From positions 48,372 through 112,371 of the IMG/VR virus record IMGVR_UViG_3300007511_000007: DNA of 64,000 bases. One strand, given 5' to 3'. Positions 19,415-28,701 of the stretch are shown in pieces (the first letter of the stretch is position 1; each line of letters starts with the position of its first letter). The position numbers and the translations under genes were made by a program. The notes beneath the pieces were generated by a model, which worked only from the letters and a program-made list of their open reading frames with translations, was not told where the DNA came from and did not search any database. The DNA comes from a virus.

Positions 19415-20166
19415 TCAGCCCTCTCAGTCAGAGACGCTCGCCAACCCTTCGCAAGCTCCCGTTTACCGCCCACTAAGCTACTAACCATAGACGCAGAAAC
19501 GCCATGAGTACGGATAAATTCTTGTCGGGTACCACAAAAAACATCGTCCGAAACCTCATGCGAAAAACAATACGTCTGGTGATCGTAGTTTGGGTTCCTC
19601 TCCCCGACGTGATTGTGTTTTCCTTTACCGCTTTCACTCATCTTCTCCCGGGTTGCATGGGATCTCTTTCTACCTCTCTGGGCATCACCGATCTTCTTCC
19701 TGGTTTCCTCACTGTGGACTCTCGTAGCAGAAAACTCCCCCACCTTTCTACGCATCTCTGCGCTGTATTCCCGTCTTCTATTCGCTGCCCCGATCTTTTT
19801 CTTGTGGGCTTCTGTGAACTTCCGCCCTTTCAATGCGACACTGATCTTCTCAATCGCTTCCGGGCTAGGTCTGCCCCCATCAGGGGCATAATTCAAATTG
19901 TAGTTTGTTTCGGGCTGCTGCTCACAAATAGTCAAATACTTCTGCTCAACACTGTGCAAGTCTCTCTCGGGCACCTTCTCCAATACCACAAACTCAAAAG
20001 CCTCTTTGCCGTACTTATGCCACGCAGCAGTCAAATGACTATTGTGGTGCTCTCTCCTGCACAACTCATACTGATGTCGGCTCCATCGAACCCTCAGATT
20101 CTTGGTGCTGCCGACATAGTATTTGCCGTTTTTCCTGTTCACAATCTTGTAAATACCACTAGCCAT
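19411..20166 (-). CDS. GIY-YIG homing endonuclease with NUMOD3 repeats
   Basis: SGIYKIVN..KYYVGST..R..H; repeats such as HSEETRKKIG and FTEAHKKKIG. Confidence 0.9.
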   Translation of the reverse strand: MASGIYKIVNRKNGKYYVGSTKNLRVRWSRHQYELCRREHHNSHLTAAWHKYGKEAFEFVVLEKVPERDLHSVEQKYLTICEQQPETNYNLNYAPDGGRPSPEAIEKISVALKGRKFTEAHKKKIGAANRRREYSAEMRRKVGEFSATRVHSEETRKKIGDAQRGRKRSHATREKMSESGKGKHNHVGERNPNYDHQTYCFSHEVSDDVFCGTRQEFIRTHGVSASMVSSLVGGKRELAKGWRASLTERAE

Positions 20167-20983
20167 AGCAGTCTTCCTTTGAATCTCGGAGCAATGGCAC
20201 AATGAAAACCCTTGTCTCGGGGTTCTTCTGCGCTACTTTGACTAATGCTTCTCTCAAACAAGAATAGAAGATGTCCCCCACTTTGATTCCCATTGTGGGA
20301 TCATCGGCCAGTTTCTGCTTCGCTGTAGTCCACCTCTCTGCAACAATTCCTGCGGCCTTATCGAGTTTCGCCAAATACTGTTTGGCGATGTTGTCATACT
20401 CACTTTTGGAGGTTTTGAGGATCAACCCGTCCTCGTAGTTGCGCTGGTTCAGCCGGAAGAGACCACTATACTTGTAGGATCTGAAGATGATGCTGTCCCT
20501 CGTTACCTTCGAAACCAACCCCATGTCCCCTACCTTGAACTGATATCCGCGCCCAAAGGACATATCAGAAGTGAATTTGAAAGTGTCTCCCACTTTGAGG
20601 GGGTCAGGGATCGTCACGCCTGAGGCAAGGTACTTCTGATACTCACGATTTCCTTTTACAGCCCTAGCCACGGACGCCGCACTCATCCGACCCGAACCAA
20701 CCTTGTTATAGAGAGGAATCCACTCCGGGTTTTCATGAAACGGGAGTGCCCAATTCTCATCTTCTTCGAACCAGTAGTAGCCGCCCTGTTTGATTGCACA
20801 CTTCAATGCGGCCGGGGATAGCTTCTTTCGGGCCAACCCTTGAGCGACTCCGATACCCCCATGTCCCGCAGTATGCACTTCATTCAAACCACGACCAATG
20901 AGATACATGGTCTGGACTTTCCCCCATGGAGAATTCGGGGCTTTCCGATCATAATCGTCCCAATCTCGACGTTTCTGCGACAT
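20159..20983 (-). CDS. DUF7007-like tagged protein with a chimeric C-terminus
   Basis: SPWGKVQ..VHTAGHGGI..WFEED pattern (family recalled from memory); IVAERW; ends LREALVKVAQKNPETRVFIVPLLR. Confidence 0.65.
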   Translation of the reverse strand: MSQKRRDWDDYDRKAPNSPWGKVQTMYLIGRGLNEVHTAGHGGIGVAQGLARKKLSPAALKCAIKQGGYYWFEEDENWALPFHENPEWIPLYNKVGSGRMSAASVARAVKGNREYQKYLASGVTIPDPLKVGDTFKFTSDMSFGRGYQFKVGDMGLVSKVTRDSIIFRSYKYSGLFRLNQRNYEDGLILKTSKSEYDNIAKQYLAKLDKAAGIVAERWTTAKQKLADDPTMGIKVGDIFYSCLREALVKVAQKNPETRVFIVPLLRDSKEDCYG

Positions 20984-20986
20984 CTC

Positions 20987-22273
20987 TTAACCTCCCTGCA
21001 TCACACAATACGTGACATTCAAAGTTTGGGCGACGCCAAAGCTCACGGTGAATCCAGTGGCAAGCTTCCCTGTCACCGCAGGAAAAGCACCCCCTGCAGG
21101 GGCACCACTCACATCAAGTGCAACCGTATAGTTCGCATCCAACCTTTCCCATGGAAGAATTACAGGCTTTGACGCTTCCACGGCAAACGCCAGTGTCCCC
21201 CGGAGGACTGATTCATTCACTTTGCCTCCCCCAGCCGAGACTCCTGTTCGACAGGAGGAGTTCATAGTCAATTCAGTCCCGGCACCCACTGTGAGATTCT
21301 GAAAGGTCGAATGGTTAATTGTCCCGGTCCGATCCCCACTCAAAGCAAAGTGAGCCATACTGGGGCAACCATTGACAGCCAACACACCAGCACCTGAAAG
21401 AGTACAAGACAGGTTTCCAACCGTTCTACACTCTCCAATCGCATAGGATGAACCCACAGTGATCGGCTTCGTGGCCGCAGCATTGTCGTAGTCCAATTGG
21501 AGATGGTTGACCGCGTCGACTTCCGAGAGGTTGAATTCCGCAACCTCCTCAATCAAAGAGATCGAATCCGCATCGCTCCATTTCCACGAGCCACCTTGCA
21601 CGTAAAGATGATTGATGGCATCCGCACGAATCTGGTACCCGCCGACTCCCCGTGCTCGAATCATGCAGTCAATGATCCTGATGCCGCCAGTACCATAAAG
21701 GACACCGACTGCGGTATCCACAAGACCGACGCTGGTTGCATTTACACCGCCGCCCTGAGTGATCCTCACGCACGCGCCTGTGTCGCCTGCGGGTGTGTGC
21801 GAATTTGTAATGATAAGGTTCTGAAGGATACACTGCTTCGGGACGAAGTTGCCCGAAGATTGGATCGTCAAGGTATTGGAGGCATTGACGTTGGGGGTGT
21901 CTTCATGTGCCGATTGAATTGTAGGCCAACCAATTCCCATGAGATGCACACCATCTTTGGTGAGCGAGACATCTTCCTGATAGACCCCGGGCAGAATGAA
22001 GATAACAGCGGGAGCCGCTGCACTCGTAGTAGCCCCATTGACGGCATCAATAGCACTCTGAACCGTTGTATACTCAACGCCTGCGCCACCTTTCCCGACC
22101 ACGAAGACCTGAGTTCCTGATTTGATCCCCGCAAGCTGTGAGAGAGTCAGTGTCCCGGCAACTCCATCTGTGAACTGAAGAGAGTTATCACTGGCATTGC
22201 GAGTGATCGTGCGAGTCCCGGTGGAACCCGGTTCAATCTGTATCTGGTCTACCAACCACGGGTCTTGTGCCAT
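20987..22273 (-). CDS. Pectin-lyase-like parallel beta-helix protein (tailspike or virion surface protein)
   Basis: VVGKGG..YTTVQSAIDA..IFILPGVYQEDV is a typical beta-helix N-cap; beta-rich body. Confidence 0.72.
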   Translation of the reverse strand: MAQDPWLVDQIQIEPGSTGTRTITRNASDNSLQFTDGVAGTLTLSQLAGIKSGTQVFVVGKGGAGVEYTTVQSAIDAVNGATTSAAAPAVIFILPGVYQEDVSLTKDGVHLMGIGWPTIQSAHEDTPNVNASNTLTIQSSGNFVPKQCILQNLIITNSHTPAGDTGACVRITQGGGVNATSVGLVDTAVGVLYGTGGIRIIDCMIRARGVGGYQIRADAINHLYVQGGSWKWSDADSISLIEEVAEFNLSEVDAVNHLQLDYDNAAATKPITVGSSYAIGECRTVGNLSCTLSGAGVLAVNGCPSMAHFALSGDRTGTINHSTFQNLTVGAGTELTMNSSCRTGVSAGGGKVNESVLRGTLAFAVEASKPVILPWERLDANYTVALDVSGAPAGGAFPAVTGKLATGFTVSFGVAQTLNVTYCVMQGG

Positions 22274-22282
22274 TCGTTACCC

Positions 22283-22963
22283 CTACACAAACACATCATA
22301 GCCAACCACAGCCGTTTGCCCGACTCCGAGGGTAATCCCCAAAGTGGCCGTGAACCCTGTCTTCGATTGTGCTGAAATCTCTACCGGGAAAAATCCAACG
22401 GGACTTAATATCACCCGGTACTCGTCACTATTGAATGCCGCAGCAAACGTCACACTCTTTGATCCCGCATCCGCATCCGTGAACGTCAAGCTCCCGCCTG
22501 TCGTGCTAGTCTGTGAAGTCTTCTCCAACACCACATAGGCCACAGTGATCGGGACTGCGGGTGTCCCATAAGCCACCGGAGCCACAGCATTGAACCCAGC
22601 CGTGGTCTTGTCCTCAGTCGTGAGGATCGTTCCATCAGGCGTCGTGTATACAACCCGGTAGTTGGTGTTGTTCATCGCCGCACCGAAAACCACGGGTCTA
22701 CTCGTCTGCCCCGAGAACACAATGTTGCCGTTATCAATACTGGTTTCAGCAAGTAAATCCTCAGTCAGGTCTTTGGCGGTACCCATATCGTCAAGAACCG
22801 ACTGGGGAAGGGATGTCGTACTATCTCGGATGAGTCCCGTGGGGGCGATGATGTTCCGTACTGAGACCAGACCTTGCTCATCGACTACAATGTCGAAATA
22901 GTAGGCCACACCCCCTGATTCTGACTTGTAGGTATGCACTCCCAGAGTTCTTGTCAGAGCCAT
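22283..22963 (-). CDS. Putative virion structural protein with two copies of a ~60-aa beta domain
   Basis: Repeats V.F.AA.N...YRV....KT.(A)GF. Confidence 0.65.
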   Translation of the reverse strand: MALTRTLGVHTYKSESGGVAYYFDIVVDEQGLVSVRNIIAPTGLIRDSTTSLPQSVLDDMGTAKDLTEDLLAETSIDNGNIVFSGQTSRPVVFGAAMNNTNYRVVYTTPDGTILTTEDKTTAGFNAVAPVAYGTPAVPITVAYVVLEKTSQTSTTGGSLTFTDADAGSKSVTFAAAFNSDEYRVILSPVGFFPVEISAQSKTGFTATLGITLGVGQTAVVGYDVFV

Positions 22964-22975
22964 GCGGCATTCTCC

Positions 22976-23281
22976 TTACCACAAACCTGTCGTGAGATAG
23001 CTACGTTTGAGGAACCATTTCTCCAGAGTCTTGAGAGCAGTTCGGTTACCAGACCAGAATTCAATGGAGTCGTAGTCTTCTTTGATCCCCAGGTCAGGAA
23101 TCGGGGAAACTCCTGCCATGGCTATTTTGCGATCCCGAAAAGAACGCAAAAGACCGGCCAGATTCTTGATTTCATGCCCATGGTACACCTTCAGCCGATA
23201 CTCGGCTCGGACTTCCGCTTCAAGAAACCTCTTGGCCACGGATTTCGCCATGACAACTCGGCGTTCAGAGGGTTTCGCCAT
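22976..23281 (-). CDS. Hypothetical tagged protein
   Basis: KSVAKRFL near the N-terminus; RBS GAGG. Confidence 0.7.
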   Translation of the reverse strand: MAKPSERRVVMAKSVAKRFLEAEVRAEYRLKVYHGHEIKNLAGLLRSFRDRKIAMAGVSPIPDLGIKEDYDSIEFWSGNRTALKTLEKWFLKRSYLTTGLW

Positions 23282-23302
23282 AACAGCTACCTCACAAACA
23301 AT

Positions 23303-23332
23303 TCTACTTGTTGGGAAAAAATAGAGGGATTA
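23303..23332 (-). promoter_or_regulatory. Putative late promoter motif, copy 4
   Basis: TAATCCCTCTAT-N14-TAGA at the boundary between the replication and late blocks. Confidence 0.7.
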
Positions 23333-23342
23333 GTGGGCACCG

Positions 23343-23939
23343 CTATACGATGGCGTGAGTCACTTGCCTCTCAATCGGACTACGTTGAACCTCACGCAAG
23401 ATGTTGAGGTTCTTCGAGATCACATCGAAAACCCCAACATAGACTTTCATCCCTTTAGCTGCCCTGAGTTTCTTGATCGATCTGATAAACCGATGTCGTA
23501 CCAACCCTTGACTAACCCCTAATCGCTTGGCCACTTCTGATTGACAGGTGGTTTGGTACATCAAGGACATGATCTGGACATCCAAGGAATCCGGCAGCAC
23601 ATCTTCCAGGTCTTCTTCCATGTCTTCGATTTGAATATCAGGGAGTTGGAAGATGAATTGAATCCGGGCTGTGGCTCTTTGCAGCCGATAGCAAACGGTG
23701 GGCTGGGATACCCTGAAGATTTGCGCTATGTCTGTTTGTTTGAGGTGTCGGAAGAAATAGAGATCAATGAAGTCTGCCTCTCGGGGTGGAAGTTCATCCA
23801 TGATCCCGCGTATACGTTCAATCTTTCTTTTGTCTGCATCAGAGAGTTCAGTGAAGATCGAGTCCATAAAGCCTAAGCCATCTTCAGTGGAGAAGCGGGT
23901 TTCCATTTCAAAAGGATCTAACACATTACGACCCGCCAT
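23343..23939 (-). CDS. Protein with two sigma-70 region-4-like HTH domains
   Basis: LPPREADFIDLYFF..KQTDIAQIFRVSQPTVCYRLQRA and CQSEVAKRLGVSQGLVRHRFIRSIKKL. Confidence 0.8.
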   Translation of the reverse strand: MAGRNVLDPFEMETRFSTEDGLGFMDSIFTELSDADKRKIERIRGIMDELPPREADFIDLYFFRHLKQTDIAQIFRVSQPTVCYRLQRATARIQFIFQLPDIQIEDMEEDLEDVLPDSLDVQIMSLMYQTTCQSEVAKRLGVSQGLVRHRFIRSIKKLRAAKGMKVYVGVFDVISKNLNILREVQRSPIERQVTHAIV

Positions 23940-24483
23940 CTTCGGCCTCCACTAAAAACACACGAGGTATTTTCGCAATAATCTTCAAGGAACGCAAGTT
24001 GAAAAACACAAATGCGTGATCATCGTGCAAACCTAAGACCTCTCCACTCAGCTTTGAATACGTACCATCAACGATCTCTACATCCATCCCGGCTTCAATA
24101 CCCTCCGAGAGAATTTCCCTTAGTTTAAGGCGCATCTGATGAATACGTTGATTCGGGATTGTACTCAGGACTCGGACACCTGCAGCAGACATGCTGGTCA
24201 TGACTTTGTTGACGTAAGCTTTCTTCTCTAATCGGAAATACTCAGTTTCCTCTAACCCCGTGGCGATGAAAACGTAACCCTCCATCAAATGTGTTGTGAT
24301 TGTCTTTCCGTCTTTTCGGTAAGTTGTCGCGGGAACAAAGATTGGGTGTTCTTCAGAAAGGATCAGGTCTTTGCGGATACGGGTTTCAAGGGTACCATCG
24401 TCAACTTTGTTCTCCCCCGTCCGGGTGAGTTCCAAGACTACCCAAGTCTGGCCGTCCCTTATGTCCGCCACTGCTTCCCTCAA
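23926..24483 (-). CDS. NusG-like transcription factor (NGN + KOW)
   Basis: TWVVL..IFVP..HLMEGYVFI (NGN) and GMDVEIVDGTYSKLSGEV (KOW); start may be GTG 24471. Confidence 0.82.
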   Translation of the reverse strand: MREAVADIRDGQTWVVLELTRTGENKVDDGTLETRIRKDLILSEEHPIFVPATTYRKDGKTITTHLMEGYVFIATGLEETEYFRLEKKAYVNKVMTSMSAAGVRVLSTIPNQRIHQMRLKLREILSEGIEAGMDVEIVDGTYSKLSGEVLGLHDDHAFVFFNLRSLKIIAKIPRVFLVEAEDGGS

Positions 24484-25849
24484 GTAACTCGTTCACTCGA
24501 AGCTCAAGAAGCGCACAGAATTGAGACAGGTCAAGACCAAACTGGGATGAACCTCCCACTGAATCTTGGGGGGTTCTTCTTTTCATGGCCCGTTTATCAA
24601 CAAACACTCCACCCACGGTAACTCCATGAGTCGCTGGTACTTTACCATCAGTCTTAGTGGTTTTCTCGCTTTTTTTCTCAACTTTTCCGGAAGGTTCCGA
24701 ATCTTGCTCCTCGAATACAGTCCCGGAAGCCCCCGAAACTACGGGTTGAAGAACAATGGGCACGCCCCCTTCCAGGGAGACTCCTTCCACGACCTTTGCC
24801 AGTTGAAGAACATCGCACTCCAATGTCGAAAGGTTAGACCGTCCGGGTCGAGAAGAAAGGAAACTGACAAAGTCAATCAACTGCCTGCCATAGTGGGTTC
24901 CCAACTCTTCGACTCTTGGCCGATCCCAGTACACCGGAATCGAACTTACCCCCAGATAAGACTTGTAAGCCACCATGAAAAGCTCCGCGAGTTTCTCATA
25001 GCAGGTGACCGGGGAAATCCGCTGATTCAAAGTCTTGAGAGACTCAGCGATTTTCTTGGCGTCAGATCCAATGCTTTCAGCCAGATCGAGGTACACCGAA
25101 TGCAAATCCAAATGGAGGAACTTGTCAGTATGTACCCTGCTTACAGCCCCCATACGTGCGATCCCCTCGACAGCTTTGATCGCATCACGGATATGCGACT
25201 CACACACTTCCGCAATCAAAGGTAATGCTTCAGCTTCATACTCGAATTTCTCTTGTTCGCAGATATGCTGCAACCTTTCTGCGATCACCTTGGGCTTCAG
25301 GGTCTCGATCACAAAGGCCGGGGCACAACGAGACAAAACCGTTGACCGCATCTTCTCCGGTTCCGTCGTACAAAAGATGCAAACCAACTTCCGATCCTTA
25401 GTCTTGGCCTGACACTCTTCCATAGGCTTGAGCATCGAATCCAAAGCCCCTTTTGTGAGAGCATGGGATTCATCAAAGAGATACAGCCGCCGCTTTCCTG
25501 AGAAGCTGCAATACTGAATCTCTTCCTTGATCTTCCGAAGCTCCTCTTTCCCCGAATTGGTTGCCGCATCCACCTCGACAAAGGTCTCGCTTTGTCCCTG
25601 CTCAAGGATCGTTTTACAGGTCGTACATTGGTTACACGGATCACCCTCAGGAGAAAGATGGCTGCAGAGCATCGCTCTGGCCAAAATTCTCCCAAGGGTT
25701 GTCTTCCCGCTACCGAAGGGGCCAGCAAACAGATACGACTGTTGAAACGCCTCGCCCTTTTTCAGAATCTGACGCAAGATGGCGATGGTACCATCCTGCC
25801 CCAAAACGTCTGCAAACGTTTCCGGACGGTATTTGATGTCAAGACTCAT
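24401..25849 (-). CDS. dnaX: DNA polymerase III clamp-loader subunit gamma/tau
   Basis: KYRPETFADVLGQ, GPFGSGKTT, Zn module PCNQCTTC, EVDAAT, FDESH, TVLSRC. Confidence 0.92.
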   Translation of the reverse strand: MSLDIKYRPETFADVLGQDGTIAILRQILKKGEAFQQSYLFAGPFGSGKTTLGRILARAMLCSHLSPEGDPCNQCTTCKTILEQGQSETFVEVDAATNSGKEELRKIKEEIQYCSFSGKRRLYLFDESHALTKGALDSMLKPMEECQAKTKDRKLVCIFCTTEPEKMRSTVLSRCAPAFVIETLKPKVIAERLQHICEQEKFEYEAEALPLIAEVCESHIRDAIKAVEGIARMGAVSRVHTDKFLHLDLHSVYLDLAESIGSDAKKIAESLKTLNQRISPVTCYEKLAELFMVAYKSYLGVSSIPVYWDRPRVEELGTHYGRQLIDFVSFLSSRPGRSNLSTLECDVLQLAKVVEGVSLEGGVPIVLQPVVSGASGTVFEEQDSEPSGKVEKKSEKTTKTDGKVPATHGVTVGGVFVDKRAMKRRTPQDSVGGSSQFGLDLSQFCALLELRVNELLEGSSGGHKGRPDLGSLGTHPDGGEQS

Positions 25850-26331
25850 TACGCCTCTTCGGGATCACCGTCCTCGTTCTCTTCATCCCCGAACAACTGT
25901 TCGATGATGCTCTGTCCTTCCTCGTCGTCTGCGGGGGGAGTTCTCCAGACGCCGTGCCGTTCGATCTCTGCGAAGTAGGCCGAGAAATCCGGGGGCACGA
26001 GGTAATACTTCATCTCTGCCGTCTGCGGATCTTCGTCCCCTTTCATGGAACAGAGGTGATGATCGACCAGGGCAAACTGCTGCTTCTGAGTGAGATCATC
26101 CCACTCATCCGAGGCCAACTCCATCACGAACACGTATTCTGTGTCCCCCAACACGTTGACCAACGGCGGGGCTTTCTTGCTCTTACCCAGGATCGCTCGC
26201 CCGCCCGCTTTGGTTGCCTTCTCCTTGAACACAATCGCAATCTCGGCATTGGCCAGATGGGGATGATACTTGGACACCAGATCCAGCATGATGTCTCTTA
26301 CTTCGTCTCCTGCTTTCCACATGCTTCCCAT
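25849..26331 (-). CDS. Putative phage metallopeptidase-like protein with a degenerate metal motif
   Basis: W..L...Q.ALVDHHLC...PPDF..Y..EIERHG resembles the family, but HELxH is replaced by HHLCS. Confidence 0.6.
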   Translation of the reverse strand: MGSMWKAGDEVRDIMLDLVSKYHPHLANAEIAIVFKEKATKAGGRAILGKSKKAPPLVNVLGDTEYVFVMELASDEWDDLTQKQQFALVDHHLCSMKGDEDPQTAEMKYYLVPPDFSAYFAEIERHGVWRTPPADDEEGQSIIEQLFGDEENEDGDPEEA

Positions 26332-26342
26332 AGGTTCCTCCT

Positions 26343-27047
26343 TCAGATTGGGAAATACTCCTTGATACCTCTACCATACTTATCCCAAAGCTCCCCCGGG
26401 TCTTTGCCCCCGGAGTACGGGATATCTACACAATCTAATCCTACTCTTTTGAGAGCTTCTAGTGCTCCCATTCTCTTTCTTCCGGTGTCGTCCACCCACC
26501 CCACGACTCCCCTGCGCCCCGTGTCATCCCGGTCGTAAACCATTTTGACACGACATCGGAACCGACGTAAAAACTCGATATGCTTGCGAGTCATCGCAGC
26601 CCGGATCGAAGACAACACGACATCGCCCGCCGGGATAACCCACTCCATTGCGAACAGATCGAAAAGCCCTTCCACAACCCACGCCGTTGATCCCTGCCAT
26701 AACCGTGCGACAGAATCTCGACGCATCTCCCAAAGAGGGTTCCAGCCCGAACGGGGGCCGAGGTACCGGACAACCCTTTTCTGCACCATCGATCTCGCAT
26801 TGAATCCGATGGGAACCCCACGAGGAGACCAGATGGGGCAGATCAACATCCCCTTGAGGCGTTCCCCATGAGAACCAAATTGAGAGCAAAAGTTTGCGTC
26901 CGGGGGTGGCTCGGCTAACTCTGTCCACTCCCCCAACTCCATGTCTTGAATGGTTTCCAACTTTCCACCACGCCCCAAAAGGTATCCTTCTACCTCTTCG
27001 GTGAGGACGACGGCTTCTGACAGGGCTTCTGTTAACCACTCACTCAT
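26343..27047 (-). CDS. DnaG-type primase core (Toprim) without a Zn-binding domain
   Basis: YLLGRG, PI..GFNAR, VVEGLFD, YDRDDTG, KDPGE. Confidence 0.82.
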   Translation of the reverse strand: MSEWLTEALSEAVVLTEEVEGYLLGRGGKLETIQDMELGEWTELAEPPPDANFCSQFGSHGERLKGMLICPIWSPRGVPIGFNARSMVQKRVVRYLGPRSGWNPLWEMRRDSVARLWQGSTAWVVEGLFDLFAMEWVIPAGDVVLSSIRAAMTRKHIEFLRRFRCRVKMVYDRDDTGRRGVVGWVDDTGRKRMGALEALKRVGLDCVDIPYSGGKDPGELWDKYGRGIKEYFPI

Positions 27048-27589
27048 CTCTTGGCGATTGCCATACCTCTACTGGGGTTGTGGACAACTGAAATGATGCT
27101 GGACGAGCCGATCCGAGAGACAAAACCCAAAAGCTCTTTGTCTGTGGGTACCACAACAACATGACTGCCAGGGAGCCACTGAACCTCTGTGACCTTTTGA
27201 TCCTTGAACGTCTCCCGCAAACGATCTGCCATCTTGGACTTCGCCCGGATGAGCAATTCAAGCTCCTCAATTTCGAAGGACTTGAGATACTGAATTGCCG
27301 CCCCGATCCCCTTTAAAGAATAAGGAAAGACATTCCCCCACTGGCTCGTTGTGCCCTGTGAAGCAATCTCGGCCACGACCTCTCTGTAGAATTCCCCATT
27401 CTTGCGCACGTTTCGGCGCACCGCTGCCCGAACCACATCTCCGAAAGCCTCCGGAACCCACACCAGAGCACGGGTACTGGAAACCAAAAAGGGAGCCGCA
27501 ATCGGATCAACCCTGAACTCCATCGCCAACGGCAACCGGTTCGAGCCGATATTGATAGGCAACTCCAGAGTCTGAAGTAAATCACTCAT
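27044..27589 (-). CDS. Hypothetical protein
   Basis: Coupled ORF within the replication operon. Confidence 0.7.
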   Translation of the reverse strand: MSDLLQTLELPINIGSNRLPLAMEFRVDPIAAPFLVSSTRALVWVPEAFGDVVRAAVRRNVRKNGEFYREVVAEIASQGTTSQWGNVFPYSLKGIGAAIQYLKSFEIEELELLIRAKSKMADRLRETFKDQKVTEVQWLPGSHVVVVPTDKELLGFVSRIGSSSIISVVHNPSRGMAIAKR

Positions 27590-27595
27590 TTTGGC

Positions 27596-28039
27596 CTACC
27601 TCATGAATTTGATCCACCTCTTGAACCTGTCCCATTTCCCAAGCGGTTCTTCCTCCTCCTCGTCGATCTCTGGGAGATCCACAGATTCACTACCGCTTTC
27701 CTGTAAAACCCACCGGAGAGCAGCAATATCGGGGTAGTTCGCCGCAATCTCTGATAACTTGCCCTTCATCAAGGCTTGAAACTCAGTTTTGATCGTTTCC
27801 TTCGTCTGACGGGCCTCCCACAGACTACAAGACCTCGCTTGTTCCAGACATTCAGGGTCGCTCGGGTCACAAAAAATCCTGAACTTACTGTTAGGGTGCC
27901 CACAGAAACAACCTAACGCCTCTTTAGAGTTATGGAGACAGCGAAGGGGTGTCTTCTTGAAGTTGCTTTGTAGAAGCTTCTTGAGGTGCCGATACGTCAC
28001 CTGTTTCAGCTTCTGCTGTATTTCCCCTTCCCGTCGCAC
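27596..28039 (-). CDS. Hypothetical Cys-rich protein
   Basis: CLHN..CFC..FCD..C..C; coupled to the upstream stop. Confidence 0.68.
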   Translation of the reverse strand: MRREGEIQQKLKQVTYRHLKKLLQSNFKKTPLRCLHNSKEALGCFCGHPNSKFRIFCDPSDPECLEQARSCSLWEARQTKETIKTEFQALMKGKLSEIAANYPDIAALRWVLQESGSESVDLPEIDEEEEEPLGKWDRFKRWIKFMR

Positions 28040-28701
28040 TACTTTTTCCCCTTCCCACGTACTCGGTCCAGATGGGCAATCCCTTGTTTACCTTTCCTGA
28101 CTCGATAGGGGTTATGCCCGGCATCAACCAAAACCGTATCGTGAGTGATTAGAAGAATATCAAGCCCCATCCTTTTACAGATCGCTTCGAGGAACTTTCC
28201 GGTATTGACCACATACTCGTGGTTGATCGCAGGGAGGGCTTCGTCCAACAAAAGAAGAGGGCGCATCCCCCGTTTGACCAGAATGGTGATCCTCATCAAA
28301 ACTGATTGAAGAGTCGTTACCGCACCGCCGAAAGCATCGTTGGCCATACCTTCGACCACGGTACCATCATCTTTGCAGTCAAGCGTCTTCATCCCCACAC
28401 TAACCTTACCCCGCAAGACCTCCACTTCTCCCTTTACCGAAAGGTTCTGGTCATCAAAAACAGACTGCAACCCCTCGCTCTGAAGTTTCTCTACCGCGGC
28501 CACGCTGTCGGTAATCTCTTTGTCAATGAGGCTGCGAAACAATCCCGAGACCCGATCCAGCAAATCCCCCTCCACTTCGAGGTTGCCGATCTCTGTCTGG
28601 ATATTTTTGATCCGAGTCCGCACCGCTTCACGCAGCCCGATCACCATATCAACCCGGCTTCGGAGATTCGAAACGTCAGAGATGCCTACTTCGTCTGGCA
28701 T
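28039..28701 (-). CDS. SbcC/Rad50-like ATPase, C-terminal half
   Basis: Coiled coil, signature-like FGGA, Walker B LLLLDE, H-loop LITH; no Walker A. Confidence 0.82.
   Translation of the reverse strand: MPDEVGISDVSNLRSRVDMVIGLREAVRTRIKNIQTEIGNLEVEGDLLDRVSGLFRSLIDKEITDSVAAVEKLQSEGLQSVFDDQNLSVKGEVEVLRGKVSVGMKTLDCKDDGTVVEGMANDAFGGAVTTLQSVLMRITILVKRGMRPLLLLDEALPAINHEYVVNTGKFLEAICKRMGLDILLITHDTVLVDAGHNPYRVRKGKQGIAHLDRVRGKGKK

Noticed and set aside
19411-20260. Group I intron around the GIY-YIG gene
   Set aside because: There is no non-coding space for a ribozyme core: the flanks are coding and overlap the endonuclease ORF.
27044-27589. Capsid/encapsulin-like fold suggested by the C-terminal VVHNPSRG
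   Set aside because: The protein is too short, lies in the replication operon, and the resemblance covers only a few residues.
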